From assembly GCA_963812135.1 (NCBI GenBank), contig CAWETU010000001.1, positions 2,048,001 to 2,112,000 on the forward strand: a DNA stretch of 64,000 nt, read 5' to 3'. This document shows positions 30,036 to 40,967 of this stretch, piece by piece. The number at the start of each line of letters is the position of its first letter. Positions within the stretch are counted from its first letter, which is position 1. Origin of the DNA: Vulcanimicrobiota bacterium (GTDB lineage Bacteria > Vulcanimicrobiota > Vulcanimicrobiia > Eremiobacterales > Eremiobacteraceae). A program made the translations under genes and the position numbers. Under the pieces are notes generated by a model that searched no databases, was not told the DNA's origin, and saw only the letters and a list, made by a program, of their open reading frames with translations.

Positions 30036-31091
30036 TTAATGAGCCGCCGCGAAATCCGGCGGCGGCGCGAACAGCGATGCGTCGTCCGGACCGAGCTGCT
30101 TGATGTTGGAGCGCATCGAAACCGCGATCAACGGTCCATCGACGTTTGCGGCCTCGCTGTCGACACGGACCAGCCGGTACAGATAGAGATGAGCGCTTGG
30201 ATCGTCGCCACTGTTATGATGGTCGATCGTCGGCGCGCATCCCGTCGGCAGCGCGAGGGACTCGAGCCCGCCGGCGAGCGGCGCCGGTTCGGGCAGATCC
30301 GTCACGTACTCGGTCACAGATTCGCGGGTCTCGCCATCTTCGCAAGCGCCGCGGGCTTCGCTCACCAGTAGCATCGCGGTGCCCTCGTAATGCGTCGCCG
30401 TCTGCCCGTCAATGACGAGCGGGTCTTTGAGCGTCCATGATGCCGTTGTTTGGAGCTGCGCCGTGCTCGACGCAGTCAGCGTCTTCGAGCCCGCGACGGC
30501 GGTGCCGTAGGCGGTCGTCGAAAACAACTTATTCTGGAGATCGAGCGTGTACTTCTTGCCGAGATCGGGGCGCGTGATGATCGCATACTCGCCCGGCACT
30601 TCGACGCGCGTCCACCCGTTGTAGAACGCGTAGCGGGTGAGCACGCCGGCGTTCATGACGTTGCGCATCTCGGCGGCGGCTTGCTCCGCCTTCCTCTCCT
30701 GCGCGTGTGAACCCAGGCTTGTGATCCAGCTTCCGACGAACGGAATCGGGATCTCGCTGGCGGCGATGTTCGCAAGCGTATCCGTGATCGACTCACCGTG
30801 CGCGGCCGATGTCGTCTGACTGTTCTTCGCGATCGCTTGGCGTTTCTTGATCAGCTCCAGCTCAACCGCGAACGAGCCCGGCGGCGGAGGCGTCGCAGTG
30901 CCGGCGACCGTCCGGTCGATCTGATCGAACATCACGCCGACGGGAGGGGATTTCGGCGGCGCGATCGTCGCGGTCGAAGAGGACGCGGCCGGCAGCCTGG
31001 CAACTGCCACGGCGGCGACCACCGCGAACAGTCCCGCGGCGACAGCAGCTGGCCACGGTCGCCAGAGCTGTTTGAAAGTTGGATGTTGCAC
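30036..31091 (-). CDS. Secreted/membrane-anchored protein, DUF4412/LolA-like (paralog of neighbour)
   Basis: KKYTLDLQNKLF, IDGQTATHY, DASLFAPPPDF; start estimated at GTG 31091. Confidence 0.6.
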   Translation of the reverse strand: MQHPTFKQLWRPWPAAVAAGLFAVVAAVAVARLPAASSSTATIAPPKSPPVGVMFDQIDRTVAGTATPPPPGSFAVELELIKKRQAIAKNSQTTSAAHGESITDTLANIAASEIPIPFVGSWITSLGSHAQERKAEQAAAEMRNVMNAGVLTRYAFYNGWTRVEVPGEYAIITRPDLGKKYTLDLQNKLFSTTAYGTAVAGSKTLTASSTAQLQTTASWTLKDPLVIDGQTATHYEGTAMLLVSEARGACEDGETRESVTEYVTDLPEPAPLAGGLESLALPTGCAPTIDHHNSGDDPSAHLYLYRLVRVDSEAANVDGPLIAVSMRSNIKQLGPDDASLFAPPPDFAAAH

Positions 31092-31311
31092 GAGCCCACC
31101 TTGCCGGTCGCCGAAAGTTCGTCGAGTTACCTTGCGCAGCGACGGTCGCGACCGTGGCGTCTGGAGTCGTGGCGGTGAAGATCTTGTCGCCGTTGTTCTC
31201 CGACGCTGCGAGCGTCCCCCCACTGCGAAGGGCTCGTCAACACCCTACGCCTGGACCGCAAATCAATCGTGAAATGGACGACTGGCTGCCCGTCGAACTA
31301 TGTCCCGCTTG

Positions 31312-32488
31312 TCAAGGTCGTTTGTTGAAGACGTCATCGCCGAATGCCGCGAGCCCAGTCGCCCCAGAATAGCCGAGGTGTGGGAGTTCGAAGATGTCTT
31401 CGATCGTTTTGAGCGTCGAGTAGTGGTTGTACGGTTGTTTGGACACCGTGCCTGGCTTGATGAACGGTGACACTGCGATGGCGCCGGTGTTGCCGCCGCC
31501 CGGACCGATCTGACCGGCTAGTCCCGTGTTCGGACCGCTTTGTTCGTTGCAACACGCGGTCGCATCACCGATCATCGTGAATTGACCGTTGACCATCTTC
31601 CCTTCAACCTCGGTCTCGTCGAAAAGGATCAAGCAGCAGGCCGTCACGCGAGTACGCGGGTGATGCCAAGATCATCGGTACCCAGAGCGCAAGCCACGCA
31701 TTCGCGGATATCAAGCCGCCCGGCTGTCGCGTCACGCACGGGGCGTCGTGCCCATCGTCGCACAAGTTGGGTGTGATGAATGTGAGGTTGGCAGTGGTCT
31801 CGTACGAGGCGAGATCGCGCGGCAGCTGGCGGAAGTTGACGACGTGCGCCGCGCAATCCGGCGAGTCGATCACCGAGTGGAAATACATGAATGGATTGTG
31901 CCGCGTCGCGTATTGATCGCCTTGCGGTGCCGCGGCCGACGGCGCCTGTGCTTTTTGCGTGTTGTCCGGGGCGCCAAGCGGGGGGTGTCCGCAGGTCGAG
32001 CTCTCGCGAGCCGGATCGTTGCCCATGTCTTCGGCGTAGGATCGCCAGCTCAATCCCTTGGATGCGAGTTCATCGGCGAGGTTGTGCACCGACGACGGGT
32101 AGACGCAGCCGTGTCCAATGGCCTGGCCGTCTGAGGTTGTGCCGCTGCTCGCGAACTCGATGTAGTCTTGGCAGTCGCGCTGCGTATCGGGGTTCGGCGC
32201 TTGGCCGCTGATCAGTGCGATGTAGTTGTCGAGGCTGACGTGCCCGATGCCGAAGTAGTTCTGGAGATACGCGCCTTGCGCGACGAGCGTCTGCGAGAGA
32301 TACGGTGCCGGCGATGAGGGGCCAAAGGTAGCGGCGTTGTCCTTGTTCTCGAGCATGATGATGAAGACGTGGCGTACCGGTGGAAGGCTGGTCGCGCCGG
32401 CCGCGGCGACGTTCGCCAAGATCCCTAAGAATATCAGACACGACGCAACGGCTGCACGCGGGATACGTCCGAATATATGCATGCGCAC
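31312..32488 (-). CDS. Phosphoesterase/acid phosphatase family protein (+1 frameshift near 31632)
   Basis: HVFIIMLEN, HVSLDNYIALISG, RHNPF, PNLCDDGHD, then ILFDE...YNHYSTLKTIEDIF in the second frame. Confidence 0.8.
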
Positions 32489-32609
32489 TCCTTACGATGA
32501 AGAGTTCTTAGCAAGATGCGACCTACTACCTCCGATTAGCCTGATTTAGAGGCCGCGAACCCTCGGCTCGGAAGCACCTTTCGAATCACGATTTAGGTCG
32601 CGGAGGAGA

Positions 32610-33371
32610 TTGATCATGAGTAAGCTATTACCCGTTGCTTTTGTCATCGCTGGCATGCTGGCAGTGTCACCGGCGGGAGCTGCGCCAGCGCCGACCGCTA
32701 CCGGATCGATGGCACCTTCCGCGATGCCGGCCGCCGTTGGACTGCCTAGGGTGCGCCATCTCGTTTATCAATTCGGCTACAACACCAAGGCCACGAAATC
32801 GGGGAACGGGACTGGAACGAGCACCGTCGATATCGTCGGACTTGCCAGCGATGGCGGCTTGACCGTCAAGGCGACCGACAATTGGTGGATGGCGTACCAG
32901 CCGAAGCAAAGCTCGACCTGTGAGGTCTATGCGAACGGCAGCGTCACCTGCGCCAAAGCCCCGTATTCGCTGACGCTGATTCAAGTGACCATCCTTCCGC
33001 TTCTTGGGCAGCAGTATTTCGCTGCGTTGTCCGGGGGGCCGACCTCGAGCTGGAAGCAGAGCTATAACGTAAAGGCGACATTCGCGCCAGGCGCAGCAGG
33101 CATGGGATTCGCAGGTCAAGTCTACACGTGGAATGGCGCGTACACCTTAACCGGAAAAGGCGTTAATCCAGCACAGCCGCCGCTGATCCTGATCCATTCC
33201 GACGGCTCGATGAAACAACAAGGCGGGCGGTATATCACCGCCAATCAACAGGCCAATATCTTGTACGACCCGCGCATTCATATGCCGGTCTATGTGGATG
33301 AGATCATGAGGTTCGTTCCGCAACAGAGCACCAACTCGTACACGATCGAGATGAAGCTTATCCAAACCTAA
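32610..33371 (+). CDS. Secreted hypothetical protein
   Basis: GGAGG RBS, signal peptide, Pro/Ala linker. Confidence 0.7.
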   Translation: MIMSKLLPVAFVIAGMLAVSPAGAAPAPTATGSMAPSAMPAAVGLPRVRHLVYQFGYNTKATKSGNGTGTSTVDIVGLASDGGLTVKATDNWWMAYQPKQSSTCEVYANGSVTCAKAPYSLTLIQVTILPLLGQQYFAALSGGPTSSWKQSYNVKATFAPGAAGMGFAGQVYTWNGAYTLTGKGVNPAQPPLILIHSDGSMKQQGGRYITANQQANILYDPRIHMPVYVDEIMRFVPQQSTNSYTIEMKLIQT

Positions 33372-33850
33372 TTGTTGGTGGTCTTGTGCGTTTGCACGTA
33401 GACCTTGGCGAGCTTACCGGCCCGTAGCACGTACGTCCTGACCTCGCGCGTCGTGCAGTCATCGTCTTGGCACGAATCGACGTAGAGATAGTTATTCCTA
33501 AACGTGATGTGGATCGAGTCTGGGCCCCTCCCCCAGTCTCCGCCCCAATTGGCGTCACCGACCTCTCCGAGCAGCGCTGCAGTGTTCCCGCGAATATCGT
33601 AGGCGAACGCCTCGGCGGTACCGCCGATCGGGAAATCGCACGTGATCACGACGACTGCCTGTTGCGTGCCGGCGCTTAAACTACCGGTCTTGACGTTGCG
33701 GACGTAAAGATCGAATCCCGTGCCCATCTTCTCATCGTAGTACGAGGACGACCCTTTGCTCATGACCACCGGCGGAGGGACGTTGGAACATGGCGAGACT
33801 GCGTACGTGAAGTTCATGAAATCCACGACCAAGAGCAGCGGCAAGATCAT
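33368..33850 (-). CDS. Hypothetical protein
   Basis: 160-aa ORF coupled (ATGA) to the DyP gene. Confidence 0.6.
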   Translation of the reverse strand: MILPLLLVVDFMNFTYAVSPCSNVPPPVVMSKGSSSYYDEKMGTGFDLYVRNVKTGSLSAGTQQAVVVITCDFPIGGTAEAFAYDIRGNTAALLGEVGDANWGGDWGRGPDSIHITFRNNYLYVDSCQDDDCTTREVRTYVLRAGKLAKVYVQTHKTTNN

Positions 33851-34773
33851 GGCTGGAGCCTAGTCGTCGTCGACGCCGCGAGCCGGCCTAACGTCGAGAG
33901 CGCTGGGATGAAGTAGTACGCTCCCGTGAGTGGGTTCGAGTAGCGCGTCAGCGCATCGCGCACGCCATCGCCGATGCCGGCCATGCGTTCCAGCATGCGC
34001 TGGAGCCGGTGCTGATCCTTGGCGAAGCCGACGAACATGGTGCCGTGATCCTCGACGGTGCCGTACGGCGTGTTGCGCCGGAAGATCTTGAGCTCTTCGC
34101 CGTTCTCATCGAGCGTCGTCCTCGTCACGTGCGAATCCGCCGGCATTTTATCCTCGGGAAATTCGATGCTGTCCGTTTTGGTGCGCCCGATGACGCGTTC
34201 TTGCTCGGCCACCGGCAGCGCGCGCCATAGTTTAACGTCGTGCATCCATTGCTGCACAAGAAGGATGCTGCCGCCCGCGCCGGGTTGACCCTCGGGTATC
34301 AGCACGATATCGGGCGCGTCGACGAGCGACGGATTCTCTGTCCCGTCTTGGAACCCGGTGAGGTCACGGTTGTGTTGGTATGTCCAGCCGACCAGCTCGC
34401 GCTCGACCGTCGCGACCGGCGCGAGCTCGCTTGCGATGCTCGTGGCGACGTCGAAGACGTTGTCATACGCGGCGCCGGCGATCCAGATGAAGATGTCGGA
34501 CTGGGTCGCGGGCATCGTATAGCCGCCCGTGCCGACGAGATCTCGCTCAAACGACGCGACCTTCGCGGGCGCATCGGCGGGTTCTGCGGCGCGCCACAGT
34601 TCGGGGCGAAAACCTGCGACGAGATTGACGCCCTCAACGGTTTCCCGCGGGTTGTGCATGCTCGCGACCGCGTGGACGGCGGCTTCGGGCGAGACGCCAC
34701 CGCGCAAGGCAAACTCAATGAAATCATGCGACGCATCGCCGAGCGCGAAAATACCCATCTGCGCAATGTTCAT
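33847..34773 (-). CDS. DyP-type peroxidase
   Basis: MPATQ.D, DLTGFQDGTENP (GxxDG), IGRTK, SHV, IFRRN.PYG. Confidence 0.9.
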   Translation of the reverse strand: MNIAQMGIFALGDASHDFIEFALRGGVSPEAAVHAVASMHNPRETVEGVNLVAGFRPELWRAAEPADAPAKVASFERDLVGTGGYTMPATQSDIFIWIAGAAYDNVFDVATSIASELAPVATVERELVGWTYQHNRDLTGFQDGTENPSLVDAPDIVLIPEGQPGAGGSILLVQQWMHDVKLWRALPVAEQERVIGRTKTDSIEFPEDKMPADSHVTRTTLDENGEELKIFRRNTPYGTVEDHGTMFVGFAKDQHRLQRMLERMAGIGDGVRDALTRYSNPLTGAYYFIPALSTLGRLAASTTTRLQP

Positions 34774-34826
34774 CGGCCCGCACGCTTGGCCCGGCGCCCG
34801 CCGGTGCCCTTCATCTTGATGTCGCT

Positions 34827-35669
34827 CTACAATAAGAGCGTGATTCCGACGTCCACCGCGTGCTGGGCCAACCCCGGATGCGGCAGGACGTTCACCTCAA
34901 ACTCGCCGTCGAGAACGACCCTGGGAGAAACCGCGCATTGCAATCCTACAAGTCCGCGATTGCCTGTGCCCGCACCCGGAGCTGTGGGTATCGTCAGTTG
35001 GTCCTGTACCATGCTCGTGAAATTGGGCGAGAGCGCATACGATGCGCTGAGCGCCGGCTGATACGCCCCATATCGCTGGACTCCGGTCGAGCTCTCTGTT
35101 GCGTTGAGCACATAGTTCTGCGTCGTCGAAACCCCGATCCGGCTGGTGAGCGCAAAGACGACGCTGTAGCCGAACGTGTACGTCGGCGCTCCCGCGGTGA
35201 ACCCGACGGGACCGCTCGGGTAGCCATTGGGAAGCGTCACAAAGACATTGATCGCGTCCTGCCGCCAACTATCATCGCGTAGCAGATGTTTGAATCCGAA
35301 GCCAGCGTCTTGCATGCCGACCGCGGGAACGGATCCAGTGACCGGGTCCGCACCCGTGCGCTGCGTGTAGACGGCAGGTGAGAGGAGGATCTCGTTTCGT
35401 CCACGCAGGCCGAAGCGAATGATCGGATTCGGATACACCGCGAGAACTTGAGTGCCGGGTGCGACCGTGACTTGGTTGCGATAGCCGGCCTCGATGACGA
35501 CCGTGCCTGGAAGCGCCACGCACGCCGCACCGTTCGTCGCAGGTGCACGGCCGACACCAGGGCGATCGGTGATCGACGCAAGCGCGCCTTGTGCGCATGG
35601 TCCCGGCGGACTTGCTGTCGGCGCGGGACTCGGAGCGGCGACAGCAACCGCCAGTATTATTGGCAGCAT
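34827..35669 (-). CDS. Putative outer-membrane beta-barrel (MetA-pathway/transporter-like)
   Basis: Signal peptide, TDRPG, G...IEAGY, D..FGFK, alternating C-terminal strand. Confidence 0.55.
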   Translation of the reverse strand: MLPIILAVAVAAPSPAPTASPPGPCAQGALASITDRPGVGRAPATNGAACVALPGTVVIEAGYRNQVTVAPGTQVLAVYPNPIIRFGLRGRNEILLSPAVYTQRTGADPVTGSVPAVGMQDAGFGFKHLLRDDSWRQDAINVFVTLPNGYPSGPVGFTAGAPTYTFGYSVVFALTSRIGVSTTQNYVLNATESSTGVQRYGAYQPALSASYALSPNFTSMVQDQLTIPTAPGAGTGNRGLVGLQCAVSPRVVLDGEFEVNVLPHPGLAQHAVDVGITLLL

Positions 35670-35749
35670 GTTCGCATCGTACCCATTACTTGAGAGTATT
35701 CCTTGGCTTGACCAGAGCTTTTTGCTATCCTGAGCGGGTGGAGGAACCC

Positions 35750-36574
35750 ATGACCGATCTCAACCCGCAGGGCAAGCAGATGGCCGATGAGTCGATGGTG
35801 CGCAACTTGGACGCGCAAGCGCGGGCGATCTGGCCTCAGGAAGTCCAGTTGTTCCGGCGGTATGCGCTCCCGGCCGAGCCTCGCATCCTCGATGCCGGCT
35901 GCGGAACCGGCGAGATCGCTTCGCGCTTGGCCGAGCTTTACCCGAACGCACGCGTGCTCGGTATCGACATCATCGACCCCCATCTCGATCTTGCGCGGTC
36001 GCGCTACGCCGGGCTTGCGCCCCGGCTATCGTTCGAGCACCAGAGCGTGTACGAGCTCCGAGCCGCAGACAACACCTTCGACCTGACCGTGTGCCGCCAT
36101 GTGCTGCACTCGATACCGCACGTGGATCGCGTGATCGCAGAGTTCGCGCGGGTGACGCGGCCTGGCGGCTACTTGCATCTCATCCCCGAGGACTACGGGA
36201 TGCTCCATTTCCAGCGCGGACAGCTCGACCCGAGCGATTTTTGGCATGTGGCACCGAGGAGCTTCGAGGCCGCGACAGCGACCGATCTGTTCGTCGGCCG
36301 TAACACCTACTCGATTTTCGCCGCGCTGAAGCTCGAAGAGATCAAGGTGGACTACATCGTCGTCGACACGCTGCGCGTGCCGCGAGAGACGTTTGCGACC
36401 ATCATCGAAGCGTGGCGAGACGGCTACGTCGACTCGATCGGTGAGCTCACGCCGTTCTCGCGCGACTCCGCGCGCGCGTACTTCGATCAGATGATCGCCA
36501 ACATCAAAGACCCGAGCAGATACGCGGTGTGGATGGTCCCCGTGGTGAGCGCCCGAATCCCTCGGACCGCATGA
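35750..36574 (+). CDS. Class I SAM-dependent methyltransferase
   Basis: ILDAGCGTG, FDLTVCRHVLH, RVTRPGG; GGAGG RBS. Confidence 0.88.
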   Translation: MTDLNPQGKQMADESMVRNLDAQARAIWPQEVQLFRRYALPAEPRILDAGCGTGEIASRLAELYPNARVLGIDIIDPHLDLARSRYAGLAPRLSFEHQSVYELRAADNTFDLTVCRHVLHSIPHVDRVIAEFARVTRPGGYLHLIPEDYGMLHFQRGQLDPSDFWHVAPRSFEAATATDLFVGRNTYSIFAALKLEEIKVDYIVVDTLRVPRETFATIIEAWRDGYVDSIGELTPFSRDSARAYFDQMIANIKDPSRYAVWMVPVVSARIPRTA

Positions 36575-37708
36575 AAGCACTCATCCTCAGCGGCGGCGGC
36601 GCGAGGGGCGCGTACGAGGCCGGCGCGGTACGCGCGCTGCTCGAACACGAGAGCTTCGACATCATCTGCGGCACGTCCATCGGCGCCATCAATGGAACGC
36701 TGGTCGCCCAAGACGAGGTCGAGAAGCTCGAGCGTATCTGGCGATCGATCGCCTCGAGCAAGGTGATCCGCCTTGCGCCTCGAGATCGACGCCGTGGCCA
36801 AAGTCGTCGCGGATCTCCGCGCGCTGTCCGAAGATCCGCTGCCGCGCCGCCCATCGATACTGGTCCAGCTAGCCCAAGACTATGCGCGCATCGGACCGCC
36901 CAGCCGATTTGCTCATCTGCTGGGCGTGCTCAACTCGCAACCCATCGTCGAATTGCTCGCCCCGCACGTGCGCTACGCGTCGCTCAAGCACACGCTGATC
37001 GTCGCGGTCACCAATCTGACGCGCGGCAGGCCAGAGGCGTTCTACTATTTCACCGGCCCGAACGCCGGCGAAAGTGCGAAGCTTTTCGCCGAGCGTGAGG
37101 CGTTCAGCCATCCGCTCAGCGAGTCGAACTATCTCGACGCGGTCCGTGCGTCCTCGGCGATCCCCGGCGCGTTCCCGCCGGTCGGCATATCGGACGAGGC
37201 ATGCGCCGCCTGCGAGTACGTCGACGGCGGCGTCGCCGGCACCGCACCGATCAATATAGCGATCCGCGCGGGTGCCGACGACGTCACCGTCATCTACATG
37301 AATCGTCCGGATCTGCGACCGCCGAATTGGCGCATTTCGTCGATCGCGGACATCGCGTTGATCAGCCACGACATCATGCAGCAGGGGATGATCGACCGCG
37401 ATCTGCGCTTTGCCGCGGCCATCAACGAAGCGGTTCGAGCGAACGAGGCACCTGGTAAACGCTACATCGCGATCCGGACGATCAGTCCGCAGGCTCCGCT
37501 TAATTTGTCCGTGCTTGATTTCGATGACCAAGATCGCATCGACGCCGCGATCGAGCAGGGTAAACAGGACGCGCAGCGCGTCCTCGCGACCGCCGAGCCG
37601 TCACCAAATAAACGGGACAAGGCGATACTTCACCTTGTCGCGATAATCTGGATAGCCCGGCAAGATTCTTTGCGAGAAAACGCTCTTCGTCGAGCAGGCG
37701 CCAGATGA
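36571..37708 (+). CDS. Patatin-like phospholipase (+1 frameshift near 36781)
   Basis: SGGGARG and GTSIG in the first frame; ASSAIPGAFPP and DGG in the second; 3' end uncertain. Confidence 0.8.
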
Positions 37709-38279
37709 CGACCGCAGTGATCGGGACGACCGCGAGCAATCCCCACCACGACCCAAGTGCAAGCGGGATGCCCACGAGCATGATGATGGCTCCGATATAC
37801 ATCGGATGCCGGACGAGCGCATATGGTCCGGTCGTGATGATCGTCTGGCCGGGTGCGACCTCGATGGTGCCCGACGTGTACGTGTTCGCTTTGAACACGA
37901 GAAACACGATGAAGAAACCGAGAGCGATGAGGATGTCCCCGGCGGCCACCACGTAGGGCGGCACCGCAGACCATGCGAGGCGATGATCGATCGCGGGCAC
38001 GACGATCAGCGCGATGAACGAGATCGACGCGAGAACCTGGATGATCTTCTGGATTGGCTCCTGTTCGGCGGCGGGGCCGGCTTTGACGCGGCGCTCCAAG
38101 AGCTGCGGATCCTTCTGCCGTAAGTAAATAGTGACCGCGAGGGCGGACGTCATGAATATGGCAAGGAAAACCCATGCCTGCCAGTAGTGGAGGGTCCATG
38201 CCGGAATGAAAAGCGCGGCCGCAATGATGACGAACAAGCTCGTCAATCCGCCCAGCGCCTGCTTATCCAGCTCCTTCAT
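37601..38279 (-). CDS. Isoprenylcysteine carboxylmethyltransferase-family membrane protein (+1 frameshift near 37661)
   Basis: TTGPYALVRHPMY, DEERFL, then PGYPDYRDKVKYRLVPFIW in the second frame. Confidence 0.8.
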
Positions 38280-38393
38280 CTTGTGCTCAATGATATACGC
38301 TCATCCGTTTCTCATCCCCGCATGAACCCTTTCCCAGCCGGGTACGGTTACGATGGTGTGGATGCTCGTCTTGGAATGGCCGAAGGGATATAG

Positions 38394-38930
38394 ATGATAC
38401 GATACGTCGCGTTGGGCGCCGCTGGGGTTATCGTTGCCGGCTTGGTGCTCGTCTACTTCGCCGTGATTTTTGGACTGATGCCTGCCAACGCCGACGCCAA
38501 GCCAAGCGCCCTCGAGCGCTGGGCGGCCCGTACGTCGCTGCGCGCGACGGTCGCGCGTGAGGCACCCAAGCAAGCCGATCCGCTGCCGGCCGACGACACT
38601 AACCTGACCGACGCTGTCAAACTCTACGCCGACAATTGCATGATCTGCCATGGCGCGTCGGACGGCCAAGCCTCGAATGTCGCCGCCGGCCTCTATCAGC
38701 ACGCACCGCAACTCGCCAAGCACGGCGTTGAAGACGATCCCGAGAGCGCCACGTATTGGAAGATCGATCATGGCGTCCGGTTGACCGGTATGCCCTCGTT
38801 CGGGAAATCGTTGACCGACACTCAGATCTGGCAGCTCACGATGTTACTCAAACACATGGACTCGCTCCCGCCCAAGGCTCAAGCAGCGTGGAAGAAACTC
38901 CCGAGCCAAGTGAGCAGTTCAGGCACGTAA
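38394..38930 (+). CDS. Membrane-anchored c-type cytochrome
   Basis: CMICH haem motif, GVRLTGMPSF. Confidence 0.85.
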   Translation: MIRYVALGAAGVIVAGLVLVYFAVIFGLMPANADAKPSALERWAARTSLRATVAREAPKQADPLPADDTNLTDAVKLYADNCMICHGASDGQASNVAAGLYQHAPQLAKHGVEDDPESATYWKIDHGVRLTGMPSFGKSLTDTQIWQLTMLLKHMDSLPPKAQAAWKKLPSQVSSSGT

Positions 38931-39024
38931 GTGCGCTGTTATAGAGGAATCGCGCTCATCTGCGTGGCAAAGTAAGTCAGATTCGACCTGTCTGGGTCGA
39001 TCAATGGAAGTTGGGAGCGACACC

Positions 39025-39198
39025 ATGCCACGCGGATCCAACTATTGCAAGTGCGGACATTCCCTGAGATCTCATGGAAGCGCGGGTTGTTCTGCATTTG
39101 GCGCCCCAGTGATGGGGAAGAAAGGCTCGACCGACGTGACGATGTCGTCGTGCACGTGCACGACCACGCGTAGACAGCTGGACGAACCGAAGCACTAG
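39025..39198 (+). CDS. Small Cys/His-rich putative metal-binding protein (57 aa)
   Basis: GGGAG RBS; CKCGH-x4-H-x4-C...CTC; followed by a hairpin. Confidence 0.5.
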   Translation: MPRGSNYCKCGHSLRSHGSAGCSAFGAPVMGKKGSTDVTMSSCTCTTTRRQLDEPKH

Positions 39199-39208
39199 AT
39201 CTCGAACA

Positions 39209-39236
39209 CGAAGACACCCCGCTGGAGGTGTCTTCG
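39209..39236. terminator. Hairpin, probable terminator
   Basis: CGAAGACACC/GGTGTCTTCG 10-bp stem between convergent small ORFs. Confidence 0.5.
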
Positions 39237-39267
39237 ATCTACCCTGTTGTAGCGCCCGAGTCATAGT

Positions 39268-39477
39268 CTAGCCGCTGAGCTCCAGCATCTTCGCCTGGAA
39301 GTCGCCGGCGATATCGATCGGCGCGATATGCACGTCAAGCCCCGGTTGAGGTTGCTGAGTCGCCACCGCCCGGACCGGGATCAAGGCGGCCATCGGCGCG
39401 GGTGCGGTATCCTTGGCCGGCGTCGCGCTCGTGAGCACGGCCGCTGCGACCAATCCTACTAGTGTCATGTCTTTCAC
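39268..39477 (-). CDS. Small secreted hypothetical protein
   Basis: Hydrophobic N-terminus, 69 aa. Confidence 0.4.
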   Translation of the reverse strand: MKDMTLVGLVAAAVLTSATPAKDTAPAPMAALIPVRAVATQQPQPGLDVHIAPIDIAGDFQAKMLELSG

Positions 39478-39567
39478 CTTTCGTTTGGCGTCGCGACGTC
39501 CAACCTATAGATGCCGCCGGCCAGCGTTTGGTTCACATGAAAGATTTCTTGTGCAGTCGGGCAAACA

Positions 39568-40383
39568 GTGCGCGCTGTGTTCCTCTACGATGTCCCACCT
39601 CTTCTGCTATTGTTCGGCGCGCTGGTGCTCGGCGTCGCGATCGCGGCCGGCGGGCAGCGCTTCGTCCACCACCGCTTTGGCGGACAAGATTTCGTCCAGC
39701 ATAACGAGGTCGGCGGCTTCATCATCGCGGTCGTCGGCACGCTCTATGCCGTGGTGCTTGGTTTCCTTACGGTAATCGTCTGGCAGCATTTCGCCGACGC
39801 GCGCGATCTGGTCGCGCTCGAGTCGGCCGCCGCAGCCGACACGTGGCACGCTGCGATCGGCCTGCCATATCAGGCGCGCTCACGCGTGCGAAACGACATC
39901 CTTCAGTACTCCGAGATCATGATCGATCGCGAGTGGCCCGAGATGCGCCACGGCGGTTTCGAAAAGCAAGGGGACATCATCGTCATGGATGCCATGGTCG
40001 CCGCAGGCACCGTGACACCCGCCAATCTGCGTGAGTCGAACGCCCAAGCCGCGACGATGCAGCAGCTCACCGTGCTGCATGACGATCGTTCGCGACGGCT
40101 CGTCTCGAACGGAAGCGGCGTCTTGAGGTTTGAGTGGCTCATCCTGTACATCGGCGCGTTCTGCGTCATCGGTTTTTGCTGGCTTTTCGGCTTGAAGAAC
40201 GCAACCACGCACCTGCTCATGACCTCAGCGGTCGCAATCGTCATCGTCTCGATGTTGGTGCTGCTGTTTGAACTTCAGTACCCGTTTCGAAGCCAGCTCG
40301 GTGTCGGGCCTGACGCCTGGCAGGGCGTGGTCGACCACATCCACCTGATGCAGTCCGGCGATCAGATGAACATGCGCGTGTGA
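39568..40383 (+). CDS. DUF4239-like membrane protein
   Basis: GTLYAVVLGF..V.VW, EWPEM, ELQYPF pattern. Confidence 0.7.
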   Translation: MRAVFLYDVPPLLLLFGALVLGVAIAAGGQRFVHHRFGGQDFVQHNEVGGFIIAVVGTLYAVVLGFLTVIVWQHFADARDLVALESAAAADTWHAAIGLPYQARSRVRNDILQYSEIMIDREWPEMRHGGFEKQGDIIVMDAMVAAGTVTPANLRESNAQAATMQQLTVLHDDRSRRLVSNGSGVLRFEWLILYIGAFCVIGFCWLFGLKNATTHLLMTSAVAIVIVSMLVLLFELQYPFRSQLGVGPDAWQGVVDHIHLMQSGDQMNMRV

Positions 40384-40967
40384 TGAAACTCTTTGGTTTG
40401 TCACGCTGGCTCGCCACGCTCGCAGGCTGCGCGCTGCTTTCGTCCATGGCGATGGCCGATCAAACGCCCCTGGCTCCCCAACCTGGAGAACCGGCGATTT
40501 CGCCGTCGGGAGAATGGGCGCTCGCGAGCCTTAGTTTCGTCAACAGGCGTATGGCGCACATGCTCGTCCTCGTGAACCTTCAGACGAGCGAAATTCGACA
40601 CGTGAAAGACTACGGCCGCGGAGTCGATGTAGCATGGTCGCCGGATAATGCGCATTTCCTTGTGAACGACCACTTTGCGAGCGATGAATCGGATTGCTAC
40701 ATTTATGACCGCGACACGTTGCAGGCCAAGCGGCTGTCGACGATCCTCGTCGTGGCGCTGCCCGAGACGAAGAAATTCTTCCAGTATTTTCCGAACTATC
40801 TCAGTTGCGAGTCCTTTGTCTCGAACAGCGCGTTGGTCGTCCATTTCTTCGGTTGGGGCGGCGACACGCCCAGCGGGTTTGACTTCCTTTTGAGATATGA
40901 CGGCGCCCGCGGCTTCACGACAGTGTCTAAGTCATTTAAGTATGGAGCGCCGTTCCCTAGGCGTTGA
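40380..40967 (+). CDS. Secreted hypothetical protein (partial beta-propeller-like)
   Basis: Signal peptide, SPSG and WSPD motifs. Confidence 0.55.
   Translation: MMKLFGLSRWLATLAGCALLSSMAMADQTPLAPQPGEPAISPSGEWALASLSFVNRRMAHMLVLVNLQTSEIRHVKDYGRGVDVAWSPDNAHFLVNDHFASDESDCYIYDRDTLQAKRLSTILVVALPETKKFFQYFPNYLSCESFVSNSALVVHFFGWGGDTPSGFDFLLRYDGARGFTTVSKSFKYGAPFPRR

Noticed and set aside
33847..34773. DyP as encapsulin cargo
   Set aside because: No adjacent encapsulin gene and no recognisable C-terminal targeting peptide
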